A stretch of DNA of 63,166 nt, counting the filler, from Perkinsus chesapeaki ATCC PRA-425 (Eukaryota > Protista > Perkinsozoa), in NCBI GenBank assembly GCA_013115145.1. It is 5 parts of 5 records of this genome, joined end to end, with 100 filler letters (N's around TTAATTAATTAA, not from the genome) between each part and the next. Parts side by side here need not be neighbours in the genome. Positions count along the whole stretch, not along the records: positions 28,830 to 56,448 come from JAAPAO010000491.1; positions 56,549 to 57,611 come from JAAPAO010002233.1; positions 57,712 to 61,857 come from JAAPAO010001313.1; positions 61,958 to 63,166 come from JAAPAO010002102.1; 1 more part is not named here. One strand, 5' to 3'. Below are positions 52,068-63,166 of this stretch, piece by piece. The notes below the pieces were generated by a model. That model was not told where the DNA came from. It saw only the letters and a program-made list of their open reading frames with translations, and made no database searches. Both the position numbers and the translations under genes were made by a program. The stretch's first letter is position 1, and every line of letters begins with the position of its first letter.

Positions 52068-54014
52068 TCAATAATTATAAACATATGATGGTACAATAAT
52101 ATTTAATGGTATTTTATTATTATCTGTATTAATATATAATTTATTAATATAATTATTTATTGATTTAATAATAGCATCTTTAGTATTCATTTGCATACCT
52201 CTCTCAGCATGTATTTCTGCAATACCATATATAACACCATCATCATTTGGTGCTGATAATGATATTATCTTACCAATAACATTACTACTACCATCATCAT
52301 CATTATCATCCTTGTTGTCCAATAATATCTAACAATATCATTATTAAACCTAAACCCATCTTCCTATTATTATTAAACCTAAACCCATCTTCCTATTATC
52401 ATTATTAAACCTAAACCCATCTTCCTATTATTATTATTAAACCTAAACCCATCTTCCTATCATTATTAAACCTAAACCCATCTTCCTATTATCATTATTA
52501 AACCTAAACCCATCTTCCTACACCTATCTAATGTATTACATTAATTCCTGGTTTAATAATACTATTATATATTCTTGTTATTTGTATACCAAATAATCTC
52601 TTTCTTATTGCTAATCTCTTTGCAGTACGTGTTGTTAATTCTTGCCCAATGTAACTGTGTATTATTATTACACACATCTCTTCTTCTTATGCTTATTACC
52701 ATCCTTTATTAAATGCTATATCATTTATTAAGTCTAAATTATAATTTAATGGTAATATTTTATCAGGTATAAATTCATTACACCCTTCAGGTATAACTAA
52801 TTTCATACGTAATAGCTTATAGAAATCATCATCATCATTATTGCTTCCTAATGATCCTGAGGATAATGAAATATTACCAAATAATATGGTTATTATAGTA
52901 TGAATAATAATAATTATACTTAATAATAATATTATTACTATTATTATCATTTATTAATAATGTTCTTATACCCATATATTTACATCTTGGATCTATATAT
53001 CCTAATACCATATTATTATCTGATAATGCTGCTGCTGCTGATAATGGTGCTGCTGCTGATAATGGTGCTGCTGCTGCTGATAATGGTGGTGGTGGTGTCC
53101 AATAAACACTAACATCATCCATTATATTAATATTTAATTGTAAATGTATTCTATGTCTTATTAATAACTTAATAACATTATTAACCACATTACTATCAAC
53201 ATCTAATAATATACTCTCTTCGGGTTCACCATCAGTACCATCACCGTCTTTATTATTCATAATATCTTTATACCTATTATTATTATTTATATATAATTAT
53301 ATAACAATTATTAATCATATAATTATTATTCATATTATTACATTATACAATCAAATAATACTCTACCTTTTGGTGATAAAAATGCAGCCGCCAACGCCGC
53401 CGATGATGATGATGCCGGCGGCGAGATGTCGGATAATTTATGCCCAGACGTATCATCATTATTATTATTCTTATCATCATTCGATACTATCAATTTATAT
53501 ACATTCTGAGTACCTAATGATATGAACGGGTTATATCATTATTAAGATGATATGGGATATTATTATTACATAGCCCTTGTAGGAATTTATATGTACCATT
53601 ACCATTTATTTTAATAATACTTCTATTATTCAATGGTTTTAATAAATCTTTATTAATATATATTGCATTCCCTTCTTTATTACTATTGGATAATGTATGA
53701 TTATATCGGATACCTCGATTATTATTGAATAATAACACTCCACCACCACCACCACCACCTCCACCAACTCCTTCTACACTCCTTCCTCTTCTTCCTGCTA
53801 TTATTCTATTACTTGATAATATTCCACCACATAATAACCACGTAGAATAATAATGACTTGATGATATCATAATAATATTATTATTATTATTATTCCTACC
53901 AATATTATTACCAAACCTACTACTACTTATACGACTATTTATTAATAATTTATAAGCTAATATACGTAATATTAAGAATAACACAATAGTAATATTGTAT
54001 AATAGAAACAACAA
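52068..54014 (-). CDS. IBA57: IBA57/CAF17 (YgfZ-like) Fe-S cluster assembly factor, AT-rich, multi-exon
   Basis: RSIIKINGNGTYKFLQGL, then LPLNYNLDLIN..AFNKG|.YIGQELTTRT (KGCYxGQE motif); boundaries approximate. Confidence 0.85.
52341..52520 (+). repeat. 29/32-bp intronic minisatellite with an AAACCTAAACCC core (6 copies)
   Basis: Unit lengths are not multiples of 3; the array lies between a GT donor and an AG acceptor on the minus strand. Confidence 0.85.
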
Positions 54015-54059
54015 TAATAATAAGTGCTACACAACTGCTTTATTAGAAACAACACATTA

Positions 54060-56093
54060 TTATTATTCATCAAAACCTGATAGTATGATGATAATGATAT
54101 ATATATCAATTAATAATACAATTACCTCTTTGGTGTCCCAAATCCAGTTGTTGTACGGTTATTATTGAAGCTTGTTGATGATGGGAATCCTCCTCCTCTA
54201 TTAGTAAATGCTCTAATAATAATAATACATAATAATAATAGTTAATAATAATACATAATAATACCTCCCTATTGATCTTCTATGTTCAACCGCTTCTTCT
54301 TTTTCTTTTTTCTCTATTAGATATCTTTTACCAATATTACCATCTAATCCTCCACCATATTTATTAATAAAGTCTCTTAAATCATCTTGACTAACTGCTG
54401 CTGCTTTTAAGAAATCAATCAAGTCATATAATTCTCTATCATCCGGGTCACCATTATATGGTTTAATAAGTACCTAATAATAACACCACCACCACCATCA
54501 ACCTTTCTTCTTCTTGTTATTATTATCATTATTACACCATTAGCTTTATTCTTTCCTAATGCAACTTCCTCATGATCTAATTCAATCATCTTATCACTTT
54601 TTCGTCCAAGTTGACCTTGTTATATTATCATTTATTAATGACCTCCTCCTCCTCCTCCTCCTTATTATTATTATTATTACTTATATCTTTAACATAACCT
54701 TTTCTTGTTTTTCTACAGAAATCTCTATGTAATACTCCTGTACATGGTACTTCCCATTTCATCATAACATCTGATGCAACTGGTATAACATCATCTAATA
54801 ATAACAATAACAACAGCTATTTAAGCTATTAATAATAATTATCACCTGAATAACATACTAACTCATAATAATGTTGTAACTCTTTAAAGAATTTATCAGC
54901 ACCAGGACGTTTAACAACTTGCCAACCAGTTTTACGCTAAAAATAATAAAGTGCATTCTCCACAGTGCAGCCATTATTACATCATATTCAAGATGACATA
55001 CAACCTTATCAAGATCAAATACCAATGTTGGCACATACTCTGGATAATGCATAGTCTCTAAATCTAATAACCATGGACCTGTTATTATTATTAATATTAA
55101 TAATAATATATTTATATTATTACCCTTTTTCATTGGTACTATTTTATCACCAATAATCTGAAACCATTCTCTACTTGTTTCATTAAAGTTCTCAAAAGCA
55201 TCCAATGCCTTATAATAACATCATCATTTATTACCTTATACACGATGCCCTCTAACAACTTTATATTACCTTTTCACCAATACGTTTCAACAATGATGTT
55301 GATGTTGTTGATGTTGATGTTCCATTATCTTTGTTATTATTATTATCATCCATAATTGATAAATAATATCTAATAATATTAATAATGATTCATTATCATA
55401 GTACTATTATAATTACCCGCTAAAACCAGCTAATAAACCAGCTACACTAGTATAACCAATAATCTAAAATACTATTATTATTGTCATAAATAATATTAAT
55501 TACTTATTACTTTCCATATACTATTATTTCTCTTAATTGGCTTCGCTATCCTTCTATTACTATCCATCTTATCATCTTTATTATTACTATCCATCTTATC
55601 ATCTTTATTATTACTATCCATCTTATCATCTTTATTATTACTATCCATCTTATCATNNNNNNNNNNNNNNNNNNNNNNNNNNNNNNNNNNNNNNNNNNNN
55701 NNNNNNNNNNNNNNNNNNNNNNNNNNNNNNNNNNNNNNNNNNNNNNNNNNNNNNATCTTTATTATTACTATCCATCTTATTAATATTTGTTACTGTACTA
55801 AAAGCTACATTACACATACTAGTAGATGATGATGATGATATATAACCTAATGACGATAATAGATATTATTAATACCATAACATTCAGACTGTATAACCTT
55901 TATTATTGTATAATAGGCTATTATTCATCAATCTTGATTGAGTATGTATTAACATTTTACTATTTTGCATTCTTCTATTATTATAACCACCACCACAACA
56001 ACAACAACATAATAATGGTGTCGAACTTGCTCTTGCAATAATTCTAAGTATTCCTTCTGACGATGTATTTAGTAAACTCATTAACAACAACAC
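54060..56093 (-). CDS. TIM50: Mitochondrial import receptor TIM50, AT-rich, multi-exon
   Basis: TM segment then PTLVFDLDKVVCHLEYD...GWQVVKRPGADKFF...LHRDFC...YVKDI...LIKPYNGDPDD (NIF-like fold); contains a 27-bp NNKDDKMDS repeat at ~55545-55780. Confidence 0.85.
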
Positions 56094-56260
56094 CTATATT
56101 AGTAATTATCGTTAGGGTCAAATCCATTTGTGGCTCCCCTAGAACTACTCGTAAGAGAAGGGATGTATTATAGCCTCCGCCTCCCTTTTGTTAGGCCTTT
56201 ACGCGCCTTTGAACCCTGAGCATAGTCTGTGCGCATGTCCAATATAATACTTCCCTCTGG

Positions 56261-56448
56261 TACAGTAAAACCCAGTAAATGCCCGTGAGTGGGGGGGGCA
56301 TCATCGAACCGCATAAGCTCGCTGCCCCCAATTATCCTATCTGCCCCCCTAAAATGGTGGTGGCCCCCCGCTAACCGGTCCCGACGTGGGCAGTTTCCGG
56401 GTCGAACGTAGACAAACCGCTAGGGGGATGAATATGAAGCTTGTACGC
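56261..56448 (+). mobile_element. Possible left end of a pogo-like DNA transposon, truncated by the contig end
   Basis: TA|CAGTAAAACCC resembles pogo/Tigger termini and opens a GC-rich segment; the partner TIR is not in the window. Confidence 0.3.
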
Positions 56449-56548
56449 NNNNNNNNNNNNNNNNNNNNNNNNNNNNNNNNNNNNNNNNNNNNTTAATTAA
56501 TTAANNNNNNNNNNNNNNNNNNNNNNNNNNNNNNNNNNNNNNNNNNNN

Positions 56549-57611
56549 TATACTAATAATATATATAAATATGTATAATCTCTAATCTTATGATATTTAT
56601 TATACTATATATGATATTAAGATATAAATAGATATACATTATTTAATATTATAAATTATACATTATTAATAAATCTAATCTATAAAGTATTAATTATCTA
56701 TTCATTATATATACATCTTATCATACTTAATATCATACATTAATATCAACATATAGTATATATAACCTTAAATTATAGTAAATACAATATATTAATTATA
56801 TAAAGATATTATAAATATTACCATAATCTAATGATTAATCTATATATAAAGATCTATATATATTCTTATCTGATATAAATATCACTATTGGTATATAAAC
56901 TACAGATAATATAATATATAATAATAGCATATAGTATAATATAATATAAAGGTATTAGATATAAATAATTTATAATATACCAATCCTTAGATATAATAAT
57001 ATAATATTGATATAATTACAATAAATATTATATACTATAGATCAATAATATGTATAATAAACTAATAGTTATCTGGTTATATTTAATACTATTATATTTA
57101 TTAAATAGTGTATATTATTCTATAGTATATTATATTTATTGTAATTATATCAATATTATATTATTATATCTAAGGATTGGTATATTATAAATTATTTATA
57201 TCTAATACCTTTATATTATATTATACTATATGCTATTATTATATATTATATTATCTGTAGTTTATATACCAATAGTGATATTTATATCAGATAAGAATAT
57301 ATATAGATCTTTATATATAGATTAATCATTAGATTATGGTAATATTTATAATATCTTTATATAATTAATATATTGTATTTACTATAATTTAAGGTTATAT
57401 ATACTATATGTTGATATTAATGTATGATATTAAGTATGATAAGATGTATATATAATGAATAGATAATTAATACTTTATAGATTAGATTTATTAATAATGT
57501 ATAATTTATAATATTAAATAATGTATATCTATTTATATCTTAATATCATATATAGTATAATAAATATCATAAGATTAGAGATTATACATATTTATATATA
57601 TTATTAGTATA
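56549..57611. repeat. Whole-contig palindrome: 492-bp arms with a 79-nt spacer, ~11% GC
   Basis: 56549-57040 is the reverse complement of 57120-57611 at 491/492 positions (T/T mismatch at 57029/57131). Confidence 0.97.
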
Positions 57612-58652
57612 NNNNNNNNNNNNNNNNNNNNNNNNNNNNNNNNNNNNNNNNNNNNTTAATTAATTAANNNNNNNNNNNNNNNNNNNNNNNNNNNNNNNNN
57701 NNNNNNNNNNNCAAAGAATTCTTTCTGTGCATTGTTGTACAGAGAGGTAGGATTCCCCACGCAATCACGTTCTCATATATCATGGAATTGTTGTGTTATT
57801 AGTTTTGCCATAATAAATTCTGCTGTTAAGAGGTATATGAGGGTCCTCACAACTTGGCCTTGCCGATAGCGTATATCCTTGGTGCATAGCAACTGCAGTA
57901 TTACACGGTAGTTGTTACAATAGTAGACAGTAAAACCGTCGCTGAAAGCCAGATTTGGCCAATTTCTGTTTTTCTCAACCTGTGTTGGTAATTCTTTCAA
58001 GTTTGCCATCGCTGTGCTAACAATAACATCAGATAAGATTACTTCGAGGCACAGTTCTAGTCGGATTCGGTCCACTTGCTCATTTGTGTTAGTCCCCAGA
58101 ATCCTGTGCGATGCACAATGTTCGTTTTGCAGTTGCACGGGGAAGATGGTTGTAGTCGCATCGTTTATTTGGGATATCTCGGCTAATGATTGAGGGAAAG
58201 TATTGCTATCTGTAAACTTATCTGTCCTTAGAATCATCGTTCAACCGTCATGCACCGGACATGTACATGCCTGCATTATATGTACAGTACTTATCATAGG
58301 CATGTTGTGTATACCGATACCCGTCGTACATTTGATACTCAAAGCGTTTGCCTACGACTGCACCATTCGATTGGCTCGAGACCTTCCGGAAATCAGACAG
58401 CTAACATAACTCATGTTACATGAGTGTTTTATTGACAGCGCACGAATTGCTGGAGCGCGCACGAGAACTTCCAACCCACCCTCGTGAGATTGGGGCGATA
58501 ATAAAGTTTTCCATCGAAGCTGTCAGGCTTCACGTACTGTACGATCTTTCGTGACTGATAACTCAATGCTCCTGCGATAGAGTACTGTGCTTCATATAAT
58601 ATATGCATGATGCATCACCAAATGCAATACTTTACTAATAAGCAGGACTGAA

Positions 58653-59177
58653 TTACAATGCAGCAATCCCGATTGCCACGGCAATGAATGAGCTAACAGC
58701 AGCGGCAGCAGTAGCGCTGGAGGTCGGCCCGGCAGTAGTCTCAGCTGCGGTGGTGGTAGCTCCAGCACTAGTAGCAGCAGCTGTAGTAGCAGCAGCTGTA
58801 GTGGTAGCGGCAGCTGTAGTAGCAGCAGCGGTAGTGGTAGCGGCAGCTGTAGTAGCAGCAGCTGTAGTAGCGGCAGCTGTAGTGGTAGCGGCTGCAGTCG
58901 TAGCGGCGGCTGTAGTAGCGGCTGCTGTAGTGGCGGCGGCTGTCGTAGCAGCAGCTGTAGTAGCAGCAGCTGTAGTAGCGGCAGCTGTAGTGGTAGCGGC
59001 AGCTGTAGTAGTAGCGGCAGCTGTAGTAGCAGCAGCTGTAGTGGTAGCGGCAGCTGTAGTAGCAGCAGCTGTAGTAGCAGCAGCTGTAGTAGCAGCAGCT
59101 GTACTGGTAACTGCGACAGTGGTCGTCTGAGCAGCAGCAGCCGTCAGAGCAGATAAGAGAGTGATGACACGCATCAT
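58653..59177 (-). CDS. Thr/Ala-rich mucin-like surface protein, probably GPI-anchored (long paralogue)
   Basis: Signal-like MRVITLLSALTAAAA, a run of AA(A)TT(T) repeats, and hydrophobic tail AVSSFIAVAIGIAAL; intronless. Confidence 0.85.
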   Translation of the reverse strand: MMRVITLLSALTAAAAQTTTVAVTSTAAATTAAATTAAATTAAATTTAAATTAAATTTAAATTTAAATTAAATTAAATTAAATTAAATTAAATTAAATTTAAATTAAATTAAATTTAAATTAAATTTAAATTAAATSAGATTTAAETTAGPTSSATAAAAVSSFIAVAIGIAAL

Positions 59178-59404
59178 AGTTGGATAACAAAAGCTTATGG
59201 AAACGGCTCTCAGTCATGATAGGGGTTACATTACGAATCCAACGACCGGCCCGCCACTGCGTATTCGCCAGTTCAGCGCATATCGTACAAGCGAATGAAT
59301 CTTGACGCATATCTTCGTTCGTCTGAACCGTTTCAGATATGTTCCTGTTCAGATGCGTTTGCGACTCCCAGCGCACATAGCAGATTTCTTGTGCAATGTT
59401 TGGG

Positions 59405-59480
59405 AAATCTTATTATTATGCATCGTCACCTATACCAATCGATAGTGGACCGGTCTACCAGGTTTATTGGATCCTGCGAC
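59405..59480 (-). promoter_or_regulatory. Conserved 76-nt non-coding element, copy B (upstream of the long mucin)
   Basis: 67/76 ungapped identity to 7108-7183. Confidence 0.55.
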
Positions 59481-60245
59481 ACCTCAGAAAGATGTCTCGA
59501 TGCCGCCGGTCCATGAAAATTAGACAAGTGCTGGAGCACAGAGTTGTGCCACGCTACTTGTGCAATGTTGAAAGTACGCAGATTGTCAAACAAAGCAGCA
59601 TGGTATGATTTTGTGAATCAATAACTAGCAAGGGTTGCTGATTAAGTGCGTGTAAAGTTGAAGCCTCCTTCTGAAGTCAATTAGCAAACGTGACTTTCCA
59701 TTTGCCCAATGGCATCACATCGACCGGTTTGGAGCAAGGATGGGAACGCATGACAACTTAGACAGCTCATTATTTTCGGTTGTCGTTCAGTGCTGGCAAA
59801 ACAACAAAGTTTTCGTGTTCTCCTATTTGCATGAGTCTTCATCAGATATGTGGGCAATATGCAACGACATCGTGTCCTCCTAACTCGAGCAGTATAGTTG
59901 GAACATGCTCCCACATTGATCCATAAGATGAGTGTTCCATTTCCAAAGCGCCTGGGGGAGGCAAGCATTCTATCGTTTGTCAATATTTCCGATCCGACCG
60001 CTGCAACTCGTCGTAAAGCTTTTAATCCCCGGGTCCTATGTTAGTCGTACATAGGTTCGTTACGTAGACGTCAGCACGAATTCAACGTATCTTGTATGTC
60101 TTCCACCATGATGTAAATTGGTCAGTATAACATATCGAGGGGTTCGACCAGAAGTCTGTGACACAGAAATTCTAGCAGAGAACGTTCTAGTTGTTCTTAG
60201 TAGTGGCATGGGACGAGGAACCATAGCGTATCAATGTTAACATTC

Positions 60246-60324
60246 ATTCCGTGCAAGGATTGAACCCGCGACTTCGCGGTCGCAAGATGATCGGCGAGTG
60301 CTCTGCCCATTCACCTACATAGCA
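60246..60324 (-). pseudogene. tRNA-derived sequence (tRNA pseudogene or SINE head)
   Basis: A-box-like TAGGTGAATGGGCAGAGC, B-box GGTTCAATCC within a GCGGG/CTTGC T-arm; the acceptor stem does not pair and the anticodon loop is oversized. Confidence 0.5.
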
Positions 60325-61016
60325 ACTCGATTACATTTTGCTCGTTTAAACAAGATCCAGTTTGAAACTAGACCTACCGTGAGACTTTTGAGTTGTTCCC
60401 GGTAAAGTGATTACGGCTAGACATGGCTCAGCGCACAATAGGAAGTCATCAATAATGACTCATTATTAAAAACTAATAAAATACAAGTGCAGAATGCAGT
60501 CAAGCTATTAGTAGACACTACTATCTGTTGTGCTGTTTTGGGGTAGTAGATGAGGTGTTGTGTATTATTATCGACCGATTTTCGTATGAAGCCGACAACT
60601 TGCTAGACACACTTCGGCACCTGGTTTATTTGCGCGAAGTCCGATATTGAATTCAGCAAGTCTGCTCTTTTGTATCACAGTTACTACTCTATTGCTTACT
60701 TTCACATATCCGGTTTTCGCATATATGTGAAACTAATAATAGCAGTGCGACAGTAGTAGTAGCTATTTTACATTGTAAAATATTAGCGCTGTTTTTGCGA
60801 TTTGCTTTCTTGCTCTTCCATGACGGAGCTCGCAGTTCCATCCAAATCTTCGTTAGCGGAAAATTCCCGTGTGGTTCGATTTACAAGGAAGAGTACCTCT
60901 CCTCATCACTATCAACTCAACAGAAGTTCGCATTGACATGTTCTTCGCTATCATAAATACGTTAATACGTATCCGATATCACAAAATGCAATACTTTACT
61001 TATAAGCAGGACTGAA

Positions 61017-61310
61017 TTACAATGCAGCAATTCCGATTGCCACGGCGATGAATGAGCTAACAGCGGCAGTAGCACTGGAAGTCGGCCCGGCAGTAGTCTT
61101 GGCTGCGGTGGTAGTAGCTCCAGCACTAGTCGCAGCGGCTGTAGTAGTAACACCTGCTGCAGTGGTAGCAGCAGCTGTCGTAGCAGCGGCAGTCGTAGCA
61201 GCGGCAGTCGTAGCAGCTACAGTTGTCGGAGCAGCCGTGGTAGTTACCGCGGCGGTGGTTGTCTGAGAAGCGACGGCGGTGAGGAGAGCGAGGAGAGCAA
61301 TAACACGCAT
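61017..61310 (-). CDS. Thr/Ala-rich mucin-like surface protein (short paralogue)
   Basis: Same signal-like N-terminus, same TTAGPTSSATAA...SSFIAVAIGIAAL tail and a shared 3' flank, with fewer repeats. Confidence 0.85.
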   Translation of the reverse strand: MRVIALLALLTAVASQTTTAAVTTTAAPTTVAATTAAATTAAATTAAATTAAGVTTTAAATSAGATTTAAKTTAGPTSSATAAVSSFIAVAIGIAAL

Positions 61311-61957
61311 TGTAGAGAACGTGAGAAGCTGACAGGAACACGAGGGATACTGAGGAAAAATCGTATCAGATAAAAACGTATCTATATAATGAAAGCAAGA
61401 ATTCCATCCAACAGCGCGCTGCTGAGCAATATGTTGAATTGTGCTACATTTTGCAGTGCATAATTGTCATTAGGTGTTATCGTGCTCACAGCAAGCAGTT
61501 GCAACCGTTTCAGATGCGTATGACGTAGCTCGCCCGAGCAAGAGAAAAACTGACTTTCTATAGCTCGGCAGTGACTCTCACTGCATTAACTATCGAGTAT
61601 CTTGATTTAAGTGGAGTTTTCGGGCTCAGTTGATGAGGAAAGTTTCAATTTGACTGAAACGACTAAGTTGGGCCCTGATGGTAGAAGACATTTCGATTGA
61701 TAATTAGTTCGTGTTACTCCCGTACGTCGTAGAGTTGTTCTTGTCTGATCCCCTTCGTAGCCCTTGAACCTGATCTTTTAAATCATGAGCGCTGAAGCCG
61801 CAGCTGCCGCCACCACTATTCAGCAACCCCAGACTGTTAACACTTACTCCATGGCCCNNNNNNNNNNNNNNNNNNNNNNNNNNNNNNNNNNNNNNNNNNN
61901 NTTAATTAATTAANNNNNNNNNNNNNNNNNNNNNNNNNNNNNNNNNNNNNNNNNNNN

Positions 61958-63166
61958 TAATTTCAGTACTGTTGATGAGTACGCCACTACCATAAATAGA
62001 TTGGTGAGGCAGACGTGCCCTAATACCCATAGGACATGTCAAGGTGAATGGAAGAAAATATTCTTCTATCGTGGTCTTCCCCATAATCTTCCTGCCAGCT
62101 CTTCCATTAAGCCGTTTTGCTTGGACCCTACGCTCAGCTTCGAGCAAGTCCTTGAAAAGGCCAGACTATACTTCGATAGCAACTCGGATGCTCGAGTAGC
62201 TGCTCCGGGAGTCCGAAGAAGCATTGGCAAGGGCGGCAAAGGTAGAGGTAAAGGCAAAGGCAAGGGAAGAAGAGGTAACCACTATTTTACTCAAGCAGAC
62301 CCTGGTAAAGACAAGGTCCATTGTGATTTTTGCCATAGGCATAATCACACAGTCGAAAACTGTAGAGACCTCGCAAGGGCAAAAATGCTATTAAAGGTGA
62401 GCAAGCTGGGAAATCGTTTTACTCCAGTCAGTTCATCAGTACCTTTGCTGGTTGAATCTGAATATGGGTTTACTTGTCTTGTTGATTCAGGATCCAGCGA
62501 CACAATCATCTCCCAAACAGCCTTAGAACGAATCTATGGTAACGCAATCCCAAATACCCGACATTCAGTCGTCATTTCTACTATTAAGGGACCACAACTA
62601 TGTGAAGTCCACAAAATACCTTCCTTCGTGTTGAGTTGTAATTTTTGTGAAAATGAACACCTGGAAGTATTAGTAGTCGAGGCAGACCATGTTCTCGACG
62701 TTGGCGACCGAGTGATCGATGTGATCCTTGGCTGTGACTGGATAAAGAGACATTCACCAGTTATCATAAAGAAAGACCAAGATAGTAACCATCTTGTTGT
62801 TGTTCCCAATTCACAATCGACAATTCCGCACGCAGCAACTGCTGTCGCTACCCATGATGACCAGACAAGTGCAACTTCTGACGGTCTCAAAGAAACTGCT
62901 GTAATTGATGATACTGACTTTAGGGCAGTAAGACTAACTAAGCCAGACGGAACTTCGAGATGGAGAGTTCAATGGAAATGGATAAGCAAGGTACCTCCAC
63001 CTCGCGTATTCCGTCCAGCTATATATGAGAAGCAGTTGCAATCTCTGACCACAGCTCAACGTGAACTTTGGCGTAAAGAGCTAAAGAACTGGGAAGATCA
63101 GGGGTTCATAGAAGAAGTACCGCGCTATGAGCTAAATGGAACCCTAACGCTCATGGCTGCAGTCCA
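61958..63166 (+). mobile_element. LTR retrotransposon gag-protease-RT start, open frame truncated at both ends
   Basis: CDFCHRHNHTVENC (CCHC knuckle), CLVDSGS (aspartic protease), ILGCDWI, then WRKELKNWEDQGFIEEV (pre-RT); no stop seen in frame. Confidence 0.9.

Noticed and set aside
56940-56970. GGTATTAGATA resembling the SSU rRNA motif GGATTAGATACC in the palindrome
   Set aside because: Too short and imperfect in ~90% AT sequence to support a fragmented rRNA call without a covariance search.
57773-58237. 154-aa minus-strand ORF
   Set aside because: No recognisable motif or exon context; cannot be supported as a gene.
58684-59376. Val/Ala-repeat and Cys/Tyr-repeat ORFs over the mucins (also 61048-61341)
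   Set aside because: Antisense or alternate-frame shadows of the Thr/Ala repeat; only the mucin frame has signal-like and GPI-like ends.
61622-61675. Hammerhead-like TTGATGA...GAAAC motif
   Set aside because: The core starts with U rather than C, stem II pairs poorly, stem III has only 2 bp and stem I is out of register.

Overview
Eukaryotic protist DNA, most consistent with a Perkinsus-like alveolate. This is an inference from the dense genes, the many ~40-60-nt GT-AG introns, unidirectional gene blocks and the retroelement types. The window is not one locus: it is five contigs joined by artificial N44-TTAATTAATTAA-N44 linkers (1-28729, 28830-56448, 56549-57611, 57712-61857, 61958-63166). 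Contig 1 (sampled stretches mostly ~45-57% GC) holds betaine-aldehyde dehydrogenase, a divergent TBP, a TCAIM/DUF4460-like gene, two intronless tandem NADP-IDH genes, a SNAP25-like SNARE, a PEX13-like gene, a DysF protein, a matrin zinc-finger protein, an EF-hand protein and three ZIP transporters. Contig 2 is an extremely AT-rich (13-20% GC in sampled stretches) but apparently functional gene compartment (ADI1, ankyrin protein, CTF18, TMEM184, IBA57, TIM50). An ~11.5-kb transposon nest (tyrosine-recombinase retroelements, LTR and LINE remnants) sits at its convergent strand switch. Contig 3 is a 1,063-bp ~11% GC palindrome. Contig 4 has two GPI-type Thr/Ala mucins. Contig 5 is an open LTR gag-pro-pol fragment. 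The strongest unexplained signals are: (i) tracts homogenised between tandem paralogues are much more AT-rich than divergent tracts of the same genes; (ii) the hairpin-like palindrome; (iii) a 76-nt non-coding element shared upstream of unrelated intronless duplicated genes; (iv) a YR retrotransposon whose recombinase ORF appears to have its own splice acceptor. GC values are hand counts of 120-nt samples; exon boundaries were read by eye and are approximate.
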